Source: Candidatus Micrarchaeota archaeon (GTDB taxonomy: Archaea > Micrarchaeota > Micrarchaeia > Micrarchaeales > Micrarchaeaceae). Taken from it: 40,001 nt of DNA. The position numbers were made by a program, and so were the translations under genes. Location: assembly GCA_027365215.1 (NCBI GenBank), contig DAHXNT010000001.1, positions 1 to 40,001 on the forward strand. Direction: 5' to 3'. Below are positions 36,614 through 40,001 of the stretch, in pieces (position 1 is the first letter of the stretch; each line of letters starts with the position of its first letter). Under the pieces are notes generated by a model. The model was not told where the DNA came from and did no database searches. It was given only the letters and a program-made list of their open reading frames with translations.

Positions 36614-39358
36614 TCATATCGTCCAGTATTTCCTTGTGCGTATGAACCTCTTCTGCTCCTCAAGCAGGTCCATGAAGAACTGGGCATCGTTTTCCCTGAA
36701 CATCATCAGCGCGCGAGCCGCAGTTCTCGGCCCTATCCCGTATACCCTGAGAGCTACCGCCGCCCTGTAGCCGTACGTGGAAAACATGTCCGCTTCCTTC
36801 AGCGCATCCTTAAGGACGAGAAGGTCCTTGCCGCGCAGCCTGGCATTCGCGATCCTTTTCTTCACAACGTCATTATATTCGTCGCTGTACGTGCATACCA
36901 TCGGGCTGTGGCAGCTCGGGCACGATACGCTCTTCTGCTCCTTGAGCCCCTTCAGGTCCCGCGAGAACCTGAATCCGCAGTACGTGCACAGCAGATTTAT
37001 GTCCTTGTTCATCAACGAGTCCACGAAGGATCCCACTATCTCGCTGCTTGGCAGCAATGGGGATACCAGTTCCTTTGCATAATAGGAAGACTCGAGGATG
37101 GCCCTCGAGAGCGGAGAAGGCGCGTCCAGCCTCACTTCCACGAGCGTTATGCTTCCGCTGCCTATGCCTTCGAACATCTCGCCGAGCGACTCCATGTCAT
37201 AGAAGTTGTTCATTGTGTCCCTTACGGCCTCAGCATATACCGGAGTGCCCTTGTACAGCCTTATCAGCCTTTTCACTATGGACCTCGAGAGCGAGGCATC
37301 GCGTTCGATTATTCCGAAGATCTTTGCTACGTTGGTGAACCTGTACCTGAACAGCTCGGTCTCCTCTAGCGAGCCCTTCAGGAGGTTCTGCGCCGACTTG
37401 CGGCTTACGGACTTCAGCATCTGGTGCAGGTCAATCTCCCTGCCTATCTCCAGCAGGACCATGTAGGGCGATATCTTCGTTATTATGCTCCTGCCAGTCT
37501 TGGCGGATATCATGTAGGCAAGCAGCCTCGCGAGTGCGGAATTGCCCTGCGTCCCGAGCCCTGTGTGTATTATCCTGTAGTCCTGCAGGCTCTCTATCAC
37601 CACCTTCCCCGTACCTATGCCATAGCAGGCCTCTTGCTCTACTGCAAATTCACTTATCTTCTTCAGTAGCTCTTCGCCAATCCTTACCGACCACTTATCA
37701 GAGCCTTTCGGAGACGCGACCGTAGCTATAACGTCGCGCGCAACTTCCCTGCTCACAGGTATGTCCTCCCCTTCCCAGTCAGGCACAGCCGCATCGACGT
37801 CTGTTGACGGCTCTACGCTCAGCACGTCCTTGTCTATGGAAATTATTTTCCATGGCAGGCCCTTCGTTACGAAAACGGAGCCCTCGTCAAGGTTCGCCGT
37901 GACAAACCTCTCGTCCAGGCTAGATATTATCTTGTTGCTCAGTATGTTCTTGACTGCGAACCTCCTCGTGTCAGGTATGACGCTCAGGTGGTCGTAGTAG
38001 TACGCCCTCGTCCTGCTCCCTCTTGTAATCGTCTTCCCGTCGAAGCCTATCAGCCTGTGCGTCGACATGAATTCGAGCAGGGCCGTAAGCTCTTCCGCGC
38101 TCATGTTCCTGTATAGGAAGGACCCATTGACGATCTTCAGCAGCGCCGCAATGCCTATGCCATCGGTGTCGAGCGCCACGCCGCACACCTGCGTGCAGAG
38201 CACGTCGCTGGCCCCCTCCTGCATGCCGAACAGTTCGAACTGCTTTTTCATTGCGCGCTCCGACACCACCGCGGATTCCACGAGGTCCATGATGGACGTT
38301 GCCATTATGACCCCGTTCGCGGTCCCGAACCTGCTATGGCCGCTCCTTCCCACCCTCTGCGCAAGCCTCAGCGCCTGCCTTGGCGAGCCGTACTGTATGA
38401 CCAGGTCGACCGCGCCAACGTCTATTCCGAGCTCAAGTGAGCTGGTCGCGATTATGCTCCTCACCTCTCCGGACTTGAACGCGTTCTCGGTCGCTATCCT
38501 GTCCTCCTTGTCCAGCGAGCTGTGGTGCACGCGTATGCCCCCGAAACTCCTGAGCCTGTCCGCGTATATCAGCCTGTTGCCCAGGCTCTCCACTATCTGC
38601 CTGGTGTTGGCGAACAGTATTGTGGACTTCGACTTCGCTATGTGGCTGCCTATCCTGCTTATCCTCGCGAGCGAGCTCGTGTCCAGGCCGAACTTCTTCC
38701 TCATCTGCTCCAGCTCTGGCGCCACTCCGGAGCGTGGCATCTCTATGCCTACGCGCATGCTCTTGCTCTTCGTGTCCTCTGCCACTTTGTATGTCCTGCC
38801 TGCGAACAGGTAGTCGCATACAGCTCCGATGTCGCTTATCGTGGCGCTTATACCTATCCTTTGGAAGCCCGGAGCGACCCTCTCCAGCCTTTCGAGCGCA
38901 AGAGAGAGCTGCGCCCCCCTCTTGCTCTGGTACAGCTCGTGTATCTCATCGATGATTACGGACTTCACATTGCCTAGCGCCTTGCCGAGGTACTTCGTCG
39001 GAAGTATGCTCTGCATGGTTTCAGGCGTGGTTATGAGGACCATCGGCGCCTTCCTGGCCTGTCTCGCCCTCTCGCTCTGGGTCGTGTCCCCGTGCCTTAC
39101 CGATATGCTTATGCCGTGTGCCGTGCATATCTTCTCGAGCCTCGATATGAGGTCTCTGTTCAGCGCCCTCAGCGGTGTTATATAGAGCAGCAGTATTCCC
39201 TGCCTCTTATCCGTTTCTATATTAGATATGCCGTTAAGCAGAGGTATAACCGCGGCCTCTGTCTTCCCCGAGCCTGTCGGCGCCGTGATCAGGCAGTTGC
39301 TTCCGCTGGCGACTATCGGCATAGCGACTTCCTGCACCGGCGTATAGCTCTTGAACAC
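36614..39358 (-). CDS. lhr: Lhr-family SF2 helicase with C-terminal Cys-rich motif
   Basis: APTGSGKT, YITPLRALNRD, ITTPE, DEIH, HHSSL, TSSLELGID, QRVGRSGH; CTYC...CPSC; start uncertain. Confidence 0.92.
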   Translation of the reverse strand: MFKSYTPVQEVAMPIVASGSNCLITAPTGSGKTEAAVIPLLNGISNIETDKRQGILLLYITPLRALNRDLISRLEKICTAHGISISVRHGDTTQSERARQARKAPMVLITTPETMQSILPTKYLGKALGNVKSVIIDEIHELYQSKRGAQLSLALERLERVAPGFQRIGISATISDIGAVCDYLFAGRTYKVAEDTKSKSMRVGIEMPRSGVAPELEQMRKKFGLDTSSLARISRIGSHIAKSKSTILFANTRQIVESLGNRLIYADRLRSFGGIRVHHSSLDKEDRIATENAFKSGEVRSIIATSSLELGIDVGAVDLVIQYGSPRQALRLAQRVGRSGHSRFGTANGVIMATSIMDLVESAVVSERAMKKQFELFGMQEGASDVLCTQVCGVALDTDGIGIAALLKIVNGSFLYRNMSAEELTALLEFMSTHRLIGFDGKTITRGSRTRAYYYDHLSVIPDTRRFAVKNILSNKIISSLDERFVTANLDEGSVFVTKGLPWKIISIDKDVLSVEPSTDVDAAVPDWEGEDIPVSREVARDVIATVASPKGSDKWSVRIGEELLKKISEFAVEQEACYGIGTGKVVIESLQDYRIIHTGLGTQGNSALARLLAYMISAKTGRSIITKISPYMVLLEIGREIDLHQMLKSVSRKSAQNLLKGSLEETELFRYRFTNVAKIFGIIERDASLSRSIVKRLIRLYKGTPVYAEAVRDTMNNFYDMESLGEMFEGIGSGSITLVEVRLDAPSPLSRAILESSYYAKELVSPLLPSSEIVGSFVDSLMNKDINLLCTYCGFRFSRDLKGLKEQKSVSCPSCHSPMVCTYSDEYNDVVKKRIANARLRGKDLLVLKDALKEADMFSTYGYRAAVALRVYGIGPRTAARALMMFRENDAQFFMDLLEEQKRFIRTRKYWTI

Positions 39359-39384
39359 CTCAAGGAACGAGCCGTAAATACCGT

Positions 39385-40001
39385 CTATCTGTATCGCCTT
39401 AGTTTTCTGCTCCTGTATGTATGCACAGCCACCGCTATTGCAATTATTATCGCAGCAAGCACTGGCGTGAACGTTACTGGGTCTATGAACAGTGCGCTCG
39501 CACCGGAGCCGTACCCTGCAGACATCTGGTGCACCATGTTCTTGTAGTAAACGTAGCCGCTAATGTATCCATACGGGACGTCCGCGAAAGACACGGAGCC
39601 GTCAGGTCCTAGATATCCGTTGAATGTGGTCCCGTTCTCGAAGGTGAGCGAGGCGCTAGCGTTCACTCTGCCGCCGAACAGGCTAGACGCGGTCACATTC
39701 ACATTATACACCGGCGCCGTGAACGGCACGCTGGACGGGCCGGATACCGATATATTCCTGCTAACCGTCACGTTCGTTCCCTTGTACCTGATGTAGTTTA
39801 TCTCGTATGCGCCTGGAAACATAAACGCTCCTGCTTGCGGCAGTTTGATACCAGACACATCCACATAATCTGATGATATCGGGTTTCCGTATGCATCATG
39901 CGGCGTGAAATTCACCGCGTATTGCGTCCCGAACTCCGCAGCAAGCATGATCGGCCCGCTTACGACCGCGGTGAAATTTACAGCAGTGCTTCCATTGCTC
40001 C
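39385..40001 (-). CDS. C-terminal part of a membrane-anchored surface glycoprotein (cut by the window edge)
   Basis: Frame stays open to 40001; beta-rich, many N-x-S/T sequons, C-terminal TM helix followed by RSRKLRRYR. Confidence 0.75.
   Translation of the reverse strand, partial: SNGSTAVNFTAVVSGPIMLAAEFGTQYAVNFTPHDAYGNPISSDYVDVSGIKLPQAGAFMFPGAYEINYIRYKGTNVTVSRNISVSGPSSVPFTAPVYNVNVTASSLFGGRVNASASLTFENGTTFNGYLGPDGSVSFADVPYGYISGYVYYKNMVHQMSAGYGSGASALFIDPVTFTPVLAAIIIAIAVAVHTYRSRKLRRYR

Noticed and set aside
39901..39980. Imperfect inverted/direct repeat around GTGAAATT
   Set aside because: Explained by the repeated peptide AVNFT inside the surface-protein CDS.

Overview
Core-genome window of a DPANN archaeon, most likely Ca. 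Micrarchaeota (ARMAN-like). The assignment rests on a three-unit epsilon2-type tRNA splicing endonuclease, DNA gyrase, GGTGA/GGAGG SD sites and TTTATA(A/T)A TATA boxes. It carries the rpl3-rps3 ribosomal cluster, rpl15e/Brix/Pcc1, tfe, gins-rpl44e-aIF2alpha-PAC2, priL, PCNA, pyrG, aglB, radA-dph5-endA, gyrB/gyrA, trm56, an Lhr helicase, a stand-alone 5S rRNA and five intron-less tRNAs (Pro-CGG, Ile-UAU, iMet, Gly-CCC, Lys-CUU). I found no mobile element or CRISPR array. The main oddities: (i) tRNA genes with C where U is expected (C55 in two T-loops, C.A stem mismatches), plus a degenerate Trm56, which could point to C-to-U editing or a remodelled T-loop; (ii) a rare tRNA-Ile(UAU); (iii) gyrA split by an apparent ~58-nt loss at the C-gate, leaving an ATGA overlap; (iv) a PriL-PriX fusion coupled to an unannotated 48-aa zinc-finger gene; (v) three candidate structured RNAs in intergenic regions. 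Family calls come from motifs recognised by eye, with no database searches.
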